DNA of 64,000 nucleotides from Pseudomonadota bacterium (GTDB lineage Bacteria; Pseudomonadota; Gammaproteobacteria; UBA1113), in NCBI GenBank assembly GCA_021778015.1, contig JAJYCX010000001.1, forward strand, positions 138,471 through 202,470, in the 5' to 3' direction. The translations under genes were made by a program, and so were the position numbers. Numbering within the stretch: the stretch's first letter is position 1; each line of letters starts with the position of its first letter. The notes under the pieces are model-generated. The model searched no databases. It saw nothing but the letters and a program-made list of their open reading frames with translations, and was not told the origin of the DNA. Shown piece by piece: positions 31,401 through 38,800 of the stretch.

Positions 31401-34400
31401 TTGCTGCCAAATGGCTTTCGGTCAAAGCAGCACAATGGGCTATAGCCAAACGCGTAAACGAAATTTTGGCGTCTGCAATACAACGCAATACTTTCTCTTG
31501 TTTTTCTATATCCCATTGATTTGAACTTATACCGCCTGCTTTCCGCACATAGCGCCTAAAATCTAGCTCATTCACAATTTGTATTTGCAATGTTTTAGAT
31601 TTAAGATTCAAAAATGCTCGGCTATATCCTTCAGAATACAATTGTTTTAGTATACTATCTTTTTGTTCAGCCTCGGTGGAGAATTTAGTAAAAATTCTTA
31701 ATGCATCGGTAGGTGTAAATAGCTTATTTTCATCTTGCTCATCAAGCGCTTTTTTCTGCTTCTCCGACAAGCTCATCGCTTTTTGTACTGCTTTTGTGGT
31801 ACTGCCTATCTCTCCTTCTTTCCCATATGACTTGGCACTCAAAGAGTTAAACCGTTTTCCTGTTTGATTAAGTAAGGGAAATTCATCAAAAGCTTTACCA
31901 TATAACTTCCCAAGAACAGGGTTTAATTTCTTTAATAGTGCTAAATGCGTGATCGTCGGTGTGTGACGTAATATAGCTTGTAACTGTGTAAAACGCTCCC
32001 ACAATGCGACTACAGCTTCCTCATCTAAGGGAAAAGTTATCATCACGGGTAATTCTGCATCTTTGGAACCAAAAAATCCTTTGGCAATATTTATAGCGCC
32101 TATATCTTGCAAACGTCCTCGCGTTCTTTTATCAAAAATGCGATGCGCTTGTGCTTGATATTCTTCTACCTCTTTAGCCCATTCTTGTAAAAACTGCTCC
32201 ACAGATAAGCCAATAATGCGATCACGCCAAGCTGGATGCACCGGCTCACGCATAGATTCTAAGCAAAACAATATTGTTTTAACTTGCAAAGTGCCATCTT
32301 CTGCCAATGGAGTTACAAAAGCATGGTCGTTGTCTATAACAATAATGCGATTGGCTTCTGTGCCATCCGCTAAAATATGCTCCATCAGAATGTGATTATC
32401 TCCTTTACCATCTTCCGGATGAATAATCATAGCCCCTAAAATTTGTGCTGAAATCTGACGTTTATCTAGGTGTTTATAAAAAGAAGTATTTTTATCTGGA
32501 TTTTCTAGCATATCGCTTAGCATCGTACCCATCGCTGTTTGCGAAAAAAGAGCCGCATGCACTTGTTTCTTATTATCGGTAATGGCCAAACAATCGCTAG
32601 GCGCTACCAAATCGCCAAATAGTCTATTTAATAATATGGCCACTGCAAATTCTATCGCGGGTATCTCCGGGCGTGCTTTAATATGCAGTTGCACTTCACC
32701 ATATTGCACTGCTTTTACAGGACGTCTACCATGTTTTTCCTTTACTACGCTTAACATCACAGGAGATTCTGCTACAATCTCCTCTATTTTGGCTGGTGGC
32801 AAATCGAAAGCCGTTTGTTCCCATACTTTCCACAGTGCTGTAGGCAATGAAAATAATCCCGAACTCACCCCTTGCACTGGTCTACCTCCTTCTGAGTGCT
32901 GCCATTGAGGTAGTCCTAACCACCATCTCCAAGTAATTGAATTTTGTTTTAGCCGTTTAAAAACACCTTGCTTTTGCGATGCATCAAGATGTGTATCACA
33001 CCATTCCAGCACTTCTGGTATATTACGGCATTCTTTGGCTCCATATGCAACGACCATGATGAACCATTCAGAATTATCCCGTTGCACCATTTCAGAATCG
33101 TCACTACGCACCATTCTATCTAATAGTGATCGGCTCGTTTTCCCATCGCAAAGATTGATATCTGCGCCATGCATGCACAATGCAGCTAATACACTTTCTG
33201 CCATTGCTGTGCGTTCAGGCCCTAACTGTGGAGGACTTTCTATCTTTGCCCACTGCAATAATGGTGTGTTACCCATGGCATCATAAACATTGGGTTGACA
33301 ACTATGATGGGTTAATAATACTTCCGCCATGGCAGTTACAGTGGCCAGATCAGAGTAATATAAATACATTTCACAAAAATAATGTAGGGGTGTTTTAAGC
33401 GTTTCATCCATAGGTACTCCTACGCTGGCACCCAGACTCAATAAATGCGTTACCACAAAGACGGAACCTTGTTTGATCGCCGCAACCAGCCAACGTTGCC
33501 ATAATTCCTGCCGCCCCTCCAACGGCATGCCTTCTTCCCAATCTAGCCGTGTGCTATTCTGTAATAAACTAAAAGCTTGCAACAAAAACCAATGTTCCGG
33601 CTCCGCTTGCTTAGCCCAATTCTCAGTTCGCAGCAGCTTAAAAACAAATTGGCTAATTTCTACAGTTCCTTTGGGCGATGCATTTTGAGGCTGTCCCAAA
33701 AAATCTTGTTCATACAGCTTATAGACTTCGCCTTCATGCTCTGCGACACCTTTTTGAGGTTCAAAGGGTAGCAGATAATAACCATGAGCCACTGTTTCCA
33801 GGTGCAACGTCTTTTCATAATCGCGAATGGTAGGGTTCTTCTTTTTAGCCTGAGTTTCTTGCGCAATCACATCATAAGCGGCCACCACTGTGGGATACAA
33901 CTCCTTTAACAAATCTTCGTGAGTTATTTTCGAATTCGCCCTCAGAAGGAGCTGTAGTTTTTCCCATTGCGCTAAAATAAAATTAAGCGTTTTCTCGGGT
34001 AGTTTCACCAACAGACGTTCAAGCTGCTTTGAGCTTAACACTCCTTGCTGTTGCCATGCGACATATTCTTGGTTACGCCTTGCCACCAGGCATAACCAAG
34101 TTAGCCACTGACTGCGTGCAGAGCTTGCCAGTAAACGTGCGCATACATTGGGATCAATAGATTGCGTTAATAATTCCGGCAGCCAGTATAAACTGTTTTT
34201 AATCGTTAACCCTAGCTTAGGCGCATCAGATTCTTTTTTAATCACCTGCATAAATGGCATGCCTAGGCTCATGTCACTGTCAATACTGACTATACGACAT
34301 TGCTGCAGATTTCTTTCTTTATCATAGATAAGTTGTACACGAAAATTATCCAATTTAGCATCTTGCGGTAAGCTCAATAATAAACCAACCAATAATCCGC

Positions 34401-35781
34401 TAATTGCTTCTTTATCTAAATAGTCCGTCAGAACTCGCTCAATTTCTACTATTGCTTCAACAGCACTTAGTTTAGGGAATAGTTCAAATAAAGAAGGAAG
34501 AAGTTTTAAAATCTCGGCAATGGCTGTAATGCTTTGTCCAAGCATAAGCTCTGGATAAGTGTGTATTAAGGCTAACAATACTTGTAGGGCACTTAAATCA
34601 TGCATGCCTTCTTGATATATCTCTCTAAGAATAATTGCCCGTCTATTATCCGACAACAATGGATCATTAGCCTTCTGAATTTCTTCAAAGCACTCTTCTA
34701 ACGCTTTTTTTTCACAAATGCGATCAAAGCATTGTCCAAAAGACGCGGCCATTGCTACGTGTTCATCTTCCGTTACAGGTGTTTTAACAAAAACTTCAGG
34801 AAAATACTCTTTAGCTTGCGCTAACAACTCGCTATAACCTAGTTTTGCATCTTCTAAAATAGGGATGAGTGTAGCTACACTTATTCTTCTTTTTAAAAAA
34901 CGCAGTCCTTCTAGTAAAGATATAAACTTTTTAAGGCACATCCCTTCAATGCTTAATCCCACTTGAACCATACCACCCGTAGTGCGATGACCATCTGCTC
35001 TGTCTAAAGGAACGGCTTCAATACTCAACAAGCCCGTAGGCGCCGCGGCCAGTCGATTACCCGCTGGCAATTGAATTAGGCTCGATGCAGCATATTCTTT
35101 TCCGGGATCAATGAGTGCAATAGCTCTACCTTCACCATTAATGACCACAATAGGATCTGGCTTGTAATGCCCACCATTGGCTGAACACACAGCGTGAGCG
35201 CCCGTGCCATTTTCGCGGCGCTCTGTTCCATCTGCATATATACACAGCAATCGCCGTGCCGTGGCAACATCTAAGCTAAAATAACCTACTTCTAAAATAG
35301 CTACCGCAACACGCGTTTGAATTTGTTCGACTCCAGCCGATAATATGGATTCATAACCTTGTTGAATAGCAATGAGTTCTTTTAATGCTAAATCGCGCCG
35401 GCTCCAATGACTATTACTAACCGCAGCGATTGCTGTGACTACTTTTTCAGCAGCCAAACGTATAGAAGTTTCGCGTGTATTTTCGTACTGAAAATGATAA
35501 CTAGGTAAACATTTCCTCACTACAGCCATCACTGGCTCTGAGATAAAGGGGGGATCATCGGGATGAATCAAACCAGACAGTGTGGCTAAATGCGCACGAT
35601 GTTCATCCTTTTCTAAAGCAAGAAGTTCTTCTTCTAAAACAAGATGAATATCTTCTTCTAAAATAGAATGTTCGTTTTTAGTTTGCAATGCATAAAACAC
35701 TGATGGCAGCGCTTGATATTCACTACCTAATAAAATATTTAGATGCTGTGGTAACAGCTCCAAGTCTTGGGGGATGGGCAT
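22429..35781 (-). CDS. Giant 4,450-aa multidomain protein: unknown N-terminal ~1,000 aa, kinase-like core, Cys-containing LRRs, roughly 80 ankyrin-type repeats, Glu-rich C-terminal tail
   Basis: One uninterrupted 13,353-nt ORF. Repeat consensus is DGNTALLWAVKNGQIEMVDHLLSHYPxQVSLxEKDx. LRR segment reads AHCAALTESHLAAILRYSEGLAYLKLVDCPNLSNGFF..LTLIQCDGLTESEW (~31110-31470). Kinase-like motifs at 32317-32700. C-terminus reads EELPSLGEVDEEETVLASEEESVEERRSGPSI. Confidence 0.85.
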   Translation of the reverse strand: MPIPQDLELLPQHLNILLGSEYQALPSVFYALQTKNEHSILEEDIHLVLEEELLALEKDEHRAHLATLSGLIHPDDPPFISEPVMAVVRKCLPSYHFQYENTRETSIRLAAEKVVTAIAAVSNSHWSRRDLALKELIAIQQGYESILSAGVEQIQTRVAVAILEVGYFSLDVATARRLLCIYADGTERRENGTGAHAVCSANGGHYKPDPIVVINGEGRAIALIDPGKEYAASSLIQLPAGNRLAAAPTGLLSIEAVPLDRADGHRTTGGMVQVGLSIEGMCLKKFISLLEGLRFLKRRISVATLIPILEDAKLGYSELLAQAKEYFPEVFVKTPVTEDEHVAMAASFGQCFDRICEKKALEECFEEIQKANDPLLSDNRRAIILREIYQEGMHDLSALQVLLALIHTYPELMLGQSITAIAEILKLLPSLFELFPKLSAVEAIVEIERVLTDYLDKEAISGLLVGLLLSLPQDAKLDNFRVQLIYDKERNLQQCRIVSIDSDMSLGMPFMQVIKKESDAPKLGLTIKNSLYWLPELLTQSIDPNVCARLLASSARSQWLTWLCLVARRNQEYVAWQQQGVLSSKQLERLLVKLPEKTLNFILAQWEKLQLLLRANSKITHEDLLKELYPTVVAAYDVIAQETQAKKKNPTIRDYEKTLHLETVAHGYYLLPFEPQKGVAEHEGEVYKLYEQDFLGQPQNASPKGTVEISQFVFKLLRTENWAKQAEPEHWFLLQAFSLLQNSTRLDWEEGMPLEGRQELWQRWLVAAIKQGSVFVVTHLLSLGASVGVPMDETLKTPLHYFCEMYLYYSDLATVTAMAEVLLTHHSCQPNVYDAMGNTPLLQWAKIESPPQLGPERTAMAESVLAALCMHGADINLCDGKTSRSLLDRMVRSDDSEMVQRDNSEWFIMVVAYGAKECRNIPEVLEWCDTHLDASQKQGVFKRLKQNSITWRWWLGLPQWQHSEGGRPVQGVSSGLFSLPTALWKVWEQTAFDLPPAKIEEIVAESPVMLSVVKEKHGRRPVKAVQYGEVQLHIKARPEIPAIEFAVAILLNRLFGDLVAPSDCLAITDNKKQVHAALFSQTAMGTMLSDMLENPDKNTSFYKHLDKRQISAQILGAMIIHPEDGKGDNHILMEHILADGTEANRIIVIDNDHAFVTPLAEDGTLQVKTILFCLESMREPVHPAWRDRIIGLSVEQFLQEWAKEVEEYQAQAHRIFDKRTRGRLQDIGAINIAKGFFGSKDAELPVMITFPLDEEAVVALWERFTQLQAILRHTPTITHLALLKKLNPVLGKLYGKAFDEFPLLNQTGKRFNSLSAKSYGKEGEIGSTTKAVQKAMSLSEKQKKALDEQDENKLFTPTDALRIFTKFSTEAEQKDSILKQLYSEGYSRAFLNLKSKTLQIQIVNELDFRRYVRKAGGISSNQWDIEKQEKVLRCIADAKISFTRLAIAHCAALTESHLAAILRYSEGLAYLKLVDCPNLSNGFFEVLDKYSKKLIALTLIQCDGLTESEWGFFGPIFEDLELVRIEENLQLQRISLKTEVNKLSRLKRLKIDKNPQLVSYIIDGDELVQRDVLGRTSLLQAAANGDIVKLDRLLLRYPGHVSLKERDSEGKTALLCAAWAGQIKMVEYLLSHYSPQVSLLETDTFGKTALLCAAWNGQMELFVHLLSNHPEQVALEEKDKDGKTALLLAAENGQIDMVKRLLSRYPEQFSLSERDIEGRTALLLAVANGKIAMLKYLLSSYPEQVSLLEKSKDGRTALLWAAANGQIEMFKYLLSNHSKQVSIDERDNNDRTALLWAAANGQINMLEHLLLNYPKQVSLSEKDANGGVALLLASANGQIEMVDHLLSRYSGKEWPHVQQVWLWQRDRAGKTVLLCAVWNDQVEMVKHFLKQYSQDISLKETDNRGYTALWIAIDREQIKMLDCLLPYYTKEMLLQEKSNIGETALFWAAAKGKVVAPDHLLSHHSEKFSVGQKDKDGNTLLLYALKNGQIEVVYFLLSRHPKYASLQERDNDGNTPLLWAIKNDEMEIFDYLLQHYPEQVSLNEKDKDGNTVLLWAVKNKKYLMIGCLLKYYPQQVWLTEKDNDGPVILFLSGETGWTVMADRILHHYYPEQLLPDARDKDGNTALFWAVKAGQIEIVDHLLRQYPDQISLAEKDRDGKSALFWAIKAGQISMVDYLLQYSQKEILLADKDNYGNTPLFRAVAYGKATMIKHLLSHYPQQVWLTAKNSKGHIILFFHEKTGWIVIVHNILHNYLEKTLSETRDRNGDTVLLWAVKTGQIKIVDHLLWHYPDEISLLEKDENGNMALLLAAANGQIPMLDHLLARYPGQVSLAEKTNTGVTALLLAAANGQVQMLDHLLKHYPGRVSLTEKSYTGRTALLVAAAAGQIEMLEHLLKCYPDQVSLAEKAYSGYTALLLAAANDQVQMLDHLLARYSNQVSLAEKANDGRTALLLAAANGQVQMLDHLLKHYPGQVSLAEKDNSGCTALLRAAWAGQIEMLEHLLARYPGQVSLAEEMNDGRTALLLAAENGQVPMLEHLLARYPDQVSLAEKTHNGGTALLGAAWTGQIEMLDHLLVCYPDQVSLAEETNDGCRALLQAAANGQIEMLDHLLERYPEQVSLAEKANFGCTALLGAVVTGQVRMLDHLLERYPGQVSLTEKAHNGGTALLVAAWNGEIDMLDHLLACYPDQVSLAEKMNDGRTALLMAAANGQVLMLDHLLVRYPDQISLAEETNDGRTALLLAAANGQVQMLEHLLECYPDQVSLAEKANIGSTVLLVAAENGKIDMLDHLLKRYPDQVSLAEKTNDGRTALLLAVCHGETKMLDHLLDHYSDQVFLTDRDNDGNTVLLWALKNEQTEMVDHLLSHYPKEVVGEKDKDGNTILLWALKNGHIAIVDHLLSSRFSEEIVMGKDNEGNAALLWAVKNGEMRIVDHLLSYYPKEVSGGKDNDGNTTLLWAVKNKKIDMINHLLSHYPKEVAGGKDNDGNTALLWAVKSGQMQMVDHLLSHYPKEVSGGKDNDGNTALLWAVKSSQMQMVDHLLSHYPKEVAGGKDNDGNTALLWAVKNGQTEMIDHLLSPYQEEIIDEKDNDGNTALLWAIKNGHVKVIDRLLLCHPDRIYYEEDNEGNTVLLFAVKNGQIDVVDHLLSHYSEYVSLLEENMINDDSALFIAIKSGQVKMVDHLLSYYSEKIALLEEDYRGNTALLWAIENADIAMVECLLSHDPNKVLLTKKNQEGNTALLRAVKNGQIEMVDYLLTHYSQQILLAEKDNNGNTALLWAVKNGQIEMIDHLLRFYPQQKLVLDVDKDGDTVLLCAVKTGQIAVFEHLLFKYPEQVLFDGVSLLCAVKNEQPEMIDHLLSRYSERVFPTEKDDYGRTVLLCAIPNGQIDVVERLLSLYPQEVSLSDKDDFGNTALLLAVKFGQIKMMDHLLLNHPGQMSLSEKDSYGHSPLMCAVKTGQIAMVDHLLLNYCQQVSLAEKDSNGNAALLCAVKSGQIAMLDHLLKFYPKQFSLTEKDRRGRNILLLEIVKSGKIKVLDHLLRHYPEQIALPAKSNDKNAPLFWAIKSGQIAMVDHLLSHYPDNVSLEQDRYGRKPLFFAIEKEQIAMVDHLLSHYPDNVSLDQQGFFEGSPMRFAISNGKIAMVDHLLLRYPEQVCFGQKDCHGKLIPILAAVNHKEVEMLDHLLLRYGDRISLADRNKYGTNALLQAARLGHIKMLEHLLSHYGSQVSLADRDNSGNTALLLAVCGGRVEMVSHLLSNYGDQFSLAYKNNHGRTVLLCAAESGDGIKVIEYLLSSYPGLVSLDDRDNEGKTALFCAAEGYYGIKVVDHLLSHYSSQFSLTDKDAHGRTALLCAAAKGRIAMVDHLLSRYRDQVSLTDKDNRGRTILLCAVESYHGFLNEVEMVDHLLLSYPGQVSLADRDHDGNTAFLWAVKNKKIEMARHLLLSYPGQVSLADRDNDGNTALLWAVKNGQTEMVEHLLLHCPEEIVNEKDNDGNTALLWAVKNGHIEMAKWLLSGYPEQVSFFEKDNNGDTVLLCATKSGQIEMLDYLISCHPQTILLSAIRKGDIEKVYSLLHCYPELHSQKTWPSHQHSFVQAVKYGSTKKSEDLILRYQRLALGEKDNDGNTPLLWAVKNGKFEIVDHLLTHYPERVSQWRDNDDDMALLCAVKVGNIDMLDHLLKHYSEHVSLTQKSGMNKTALLCAAENGQVTMMNHLLLHYSDQVSLTEKDLFGTTILCYAARNGQIEIMAYLLSNHSKQISIFEEDKDGNTALFFAVKYGQIEAFDYLLLHYPAQALLIEKALFCAVAIGQINMVNHLLSNYSEQVSLSNKDKDGRTVLLTAVANRQIPMLDHLLTRYPEQVSLAETDNDGRTALMLATEKGLKEMRVYILAKSSAQSSSSEVPQSYRLSSSPHAFNARPVEPRIEELPSLGEVDEEETVLASEEESVEERRSGPSI
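22640..31080 (-). repeat. ~8.4-kb coding tandem array of ankyrin-type repeats (105-108-nt period)
   Basis: Runs from VLGRTSLLQAAANGDIVKLDRLLL (~31075) to GRTALMLATEKGLKEMRVYIL (~22640). Measured DNA periods are 108 nt (CTGCCAGCGA at 27381/27489/27597) and 105 nt (26705/26810). Confidence 0.9.
27270..28870 (-). repeat. Most homogeneous sub-array of the ANK region: about 15 units of 108 nt
   Basis: Recurrent ...TTCTGCCAGCGACACCTGGTCTGGATAGC... every 108 nt. Protein units read GRTALLLAAANGQVQMLDHLLxxYPGQVSLAEKxNx. Confidence 0.85.
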
Positions 35782-35889
35782 AATTCACTCCTTCGGTTTT
35801 CTGCGTTCGAGCTTATCATAAGTATTGAACTAGATCTATCTTTGTTGTACACTACATGTTATGAACTTTATTCATACATAGGATCCCCC

Positions 35890-38800
35890 ATGAAGGAAGA
35901 ATTTATTCTTACAGAAATCACTTTAGATAACATTATTGGCTCCCCACTTTTCCCTGATGTGCTCGCTCAATTAACTATTCTTAATCATTATGTAGCCGGA
36001 GGCACCCTTCTTAACCTAAATGAAAAACGTACATTGTATCTGATGGCAGTTGCTTGGATAAATAGCAATCTAGAGAAATCAGATAAAGAAAAGATTTCTA
36101 AAATTTTATCGCTTAATAACGATGAAGTTGAACAACTAGATGAAGCGGCAATAAAAGAAGTTTTTCCACATCTGCGTAATGTCTTGGCTAAACACACTAT
36201 TATTTGGCATCTATTAAGCGATACAGAGTTTCATCTAGAGGAAGAAGCCGAAAAATTAATTTATTCTGGAGAAAACTATCAGAAAACAATAATTGCGTTG
36301 CAGCAAGCACGTCAAACTTTTATAAAAACCCGCAAAAAAATGGTCAAAGACTTCGTTGAAGATGCGGCACAGCCTAATAAACGCGCTTGGGTCGAAACTT
36401 ACGTTGCTACCATGGAGAAACATTTTGCTCTTTGGCGTAAAAGTATTATCCCTCTAGAAATATCTATCCATTCTCAATTTTTCATCGATCTAACATATCT
36501 TGATTTACGTAAATTGGATCTCAGAAACATTCCGTTACAGCATGTCAATCTAAGTCGCAGTCGCTTAGCAGGCACTTGGCTTACAAAAACAGGGATTTCT
36601 GCCGTACAGTTATCACAAGCAAAAGAATTTAGTCTAGCGGCCGATCTTTCTAGTGAGCTTATTTTGGCTGCACAAGATGAACAATATAAAGACTGGACAC
36701 AACGCCTAGAGGAACGTACTAAAATCTTCCACACATTCAGAGCAAGAATGGATGCCTGTGCTTTCAATAAAAACCCCGATATAGCCCAAGATTCAAACAT
36801 ATTTGAATTCGCTGTAAAACACTGCGAACGTCTAAACAAGCTCGAAGCGGATCTAAACAAACATATCGACGCACAGTCTTTGGAGAAAAAACTGTTAAAC
36901 GACTTAACAGCAGAACAACAAAGCGCGATTTATCTAGCACTTGCACAATCAGAAAAAGAAGAATCTCTGTTGAAGAGCGAATTGACTAGCCTTATCTATA
37001 ACGCTCGGTGTGATTTATGCGCAGCCTATTTTGAAGAAATAGAGAAAAATCTTCTTGCAGATAATTTATACACAGCGCTGAAACTGTTTAATGACCTCTT
37101 AGTTCTAATGCCAACTAATAAGGAAAATGATCCTCTTCCACAAGATTTGGCTATTAAAATTCAAGCGCTGAGAGAGCGTTTACTGGGTTTAGGGCTTGCA
37201 TCCATTCAAAATCTTCTAGCGCGCTCAGAAAAGAAGAAAGAGATTCAAGAAGAAAGTACCAAAACTTTAAAACAGATCCATTCTATGTTAAACCACACTC
37301 TAGAATGGGCACTTCCTTTAGACTTAGAAGTGGCTGTTAATAAAGTACGGCGAGATTTGATCCGCTATAGAATCGAACTCGAAATTGAACAAAATAACTT
37401 TCTAGAAGCAGAAAAATTAATAGAAAAACTTCTGTCAGAAGAGGAAATAAACACACAAGCAGAACGATGCTTTAATGAACTAAAATACTATACAATAGAA
37501 TTAACGGATGAATTTTTAGAAAAAAAAGTAACCCTCACAGCAGAGCAAAGCAAATTAGGTAAGATTTATATTTCCATACAAAAGAATAAAGATTATCTTA
37601 TTTTTGGCATGGATGGACTCATATATAGAGGCGCTCTCTCGGGCGAGCAGATCTCTGCGGCCAAAGAATTATCTCGTTTATTAAGAAACCCTAAACATAG
37701 AAAATCTATTTTATTAAAAATAGCAAAGGAAAGCTATATACATTTGAAATTCGATTTAAGGTTGCAGATAGTAGAAAAACTCATTCAAAAAAGCGAGATA
37801 GAGCAAGCCAGTGGCCAATTAGAGCGTGCTAGCGGTGAACTATATGGTGATGATAAAAAATTGAAACTGGCTAACAGCAGATTGGAACATGCGCACAGCA
37901 AATTGGAGCTGGCTCGTAATAGAATGCACGATATTATAGTCAGCGCTAAAATGCAAAAATATACCTTAGATTTAAGAGAAAAAAGTGCTTTTAAGAACGA
38001 AGCTTTCTGGGAAGGAATATCCGTAAAAGGTATACGCATTTATCTTGCTCCTAAACAAGTTCAGGCTTTAGGGGAACGAGGTCAACATTATAATGAGACT
38101 CTTTTCTTCGCAATAGAGAATGGAAATTTGGAAGAAATTAAATATGGAATTGAATATTTTTCTTGGAGGGCCTATTCACGAAATGAAAGTGGTTGTACTT
38201 CTGTCGTTTTTGCCTGTTTACACGGCCATTTTGATATTGCTCGTTATGTATATGAAAATGGTGGTGTGGTTAGCACAATCCTCACTCTTGGAAAAACAGA
38301 TGTCAATCCATTAGATGAGCTGATTCAGGATAAATATCGGAAAGATAAAGAGCGCTATGAGCCTATTATTCGTTGGCTCATTGATCTTGGTCTTGAACTA
38401 GAACCTAAGAATGCTCTATTGTTAAATGATACTGAGCTTTTTAAAATGAGCTTAGCACAACTACCCGATGACGATTCAAAAAAAGAAAAAATGCGTGAAC
38501 TTTTACAGATTGCAGTAGAAGAAGGCTCAGATATCATAGTAGGATGGATGCTTGAAAATCAAAAAGACTGTGTGACCTCATTTCCAAAAGTTGAATCCAA
38601 AACTAAGTTTTTCTCATTTCTTAATGAAGAAGTCATTACAGTTCCGGAAGACCTCCCTTTACTACATATCGCGTGTAAAAAAGGCCGTGCCGTCATTGTA
38701 ACCGCACTTTTGAAAGATCCGAATACTGCAGGCTCTACTGCCAATAAGCAATCTGCTCTGCTCAATTTAGCTCAATCATTCATAGAACAATATCCGCATC

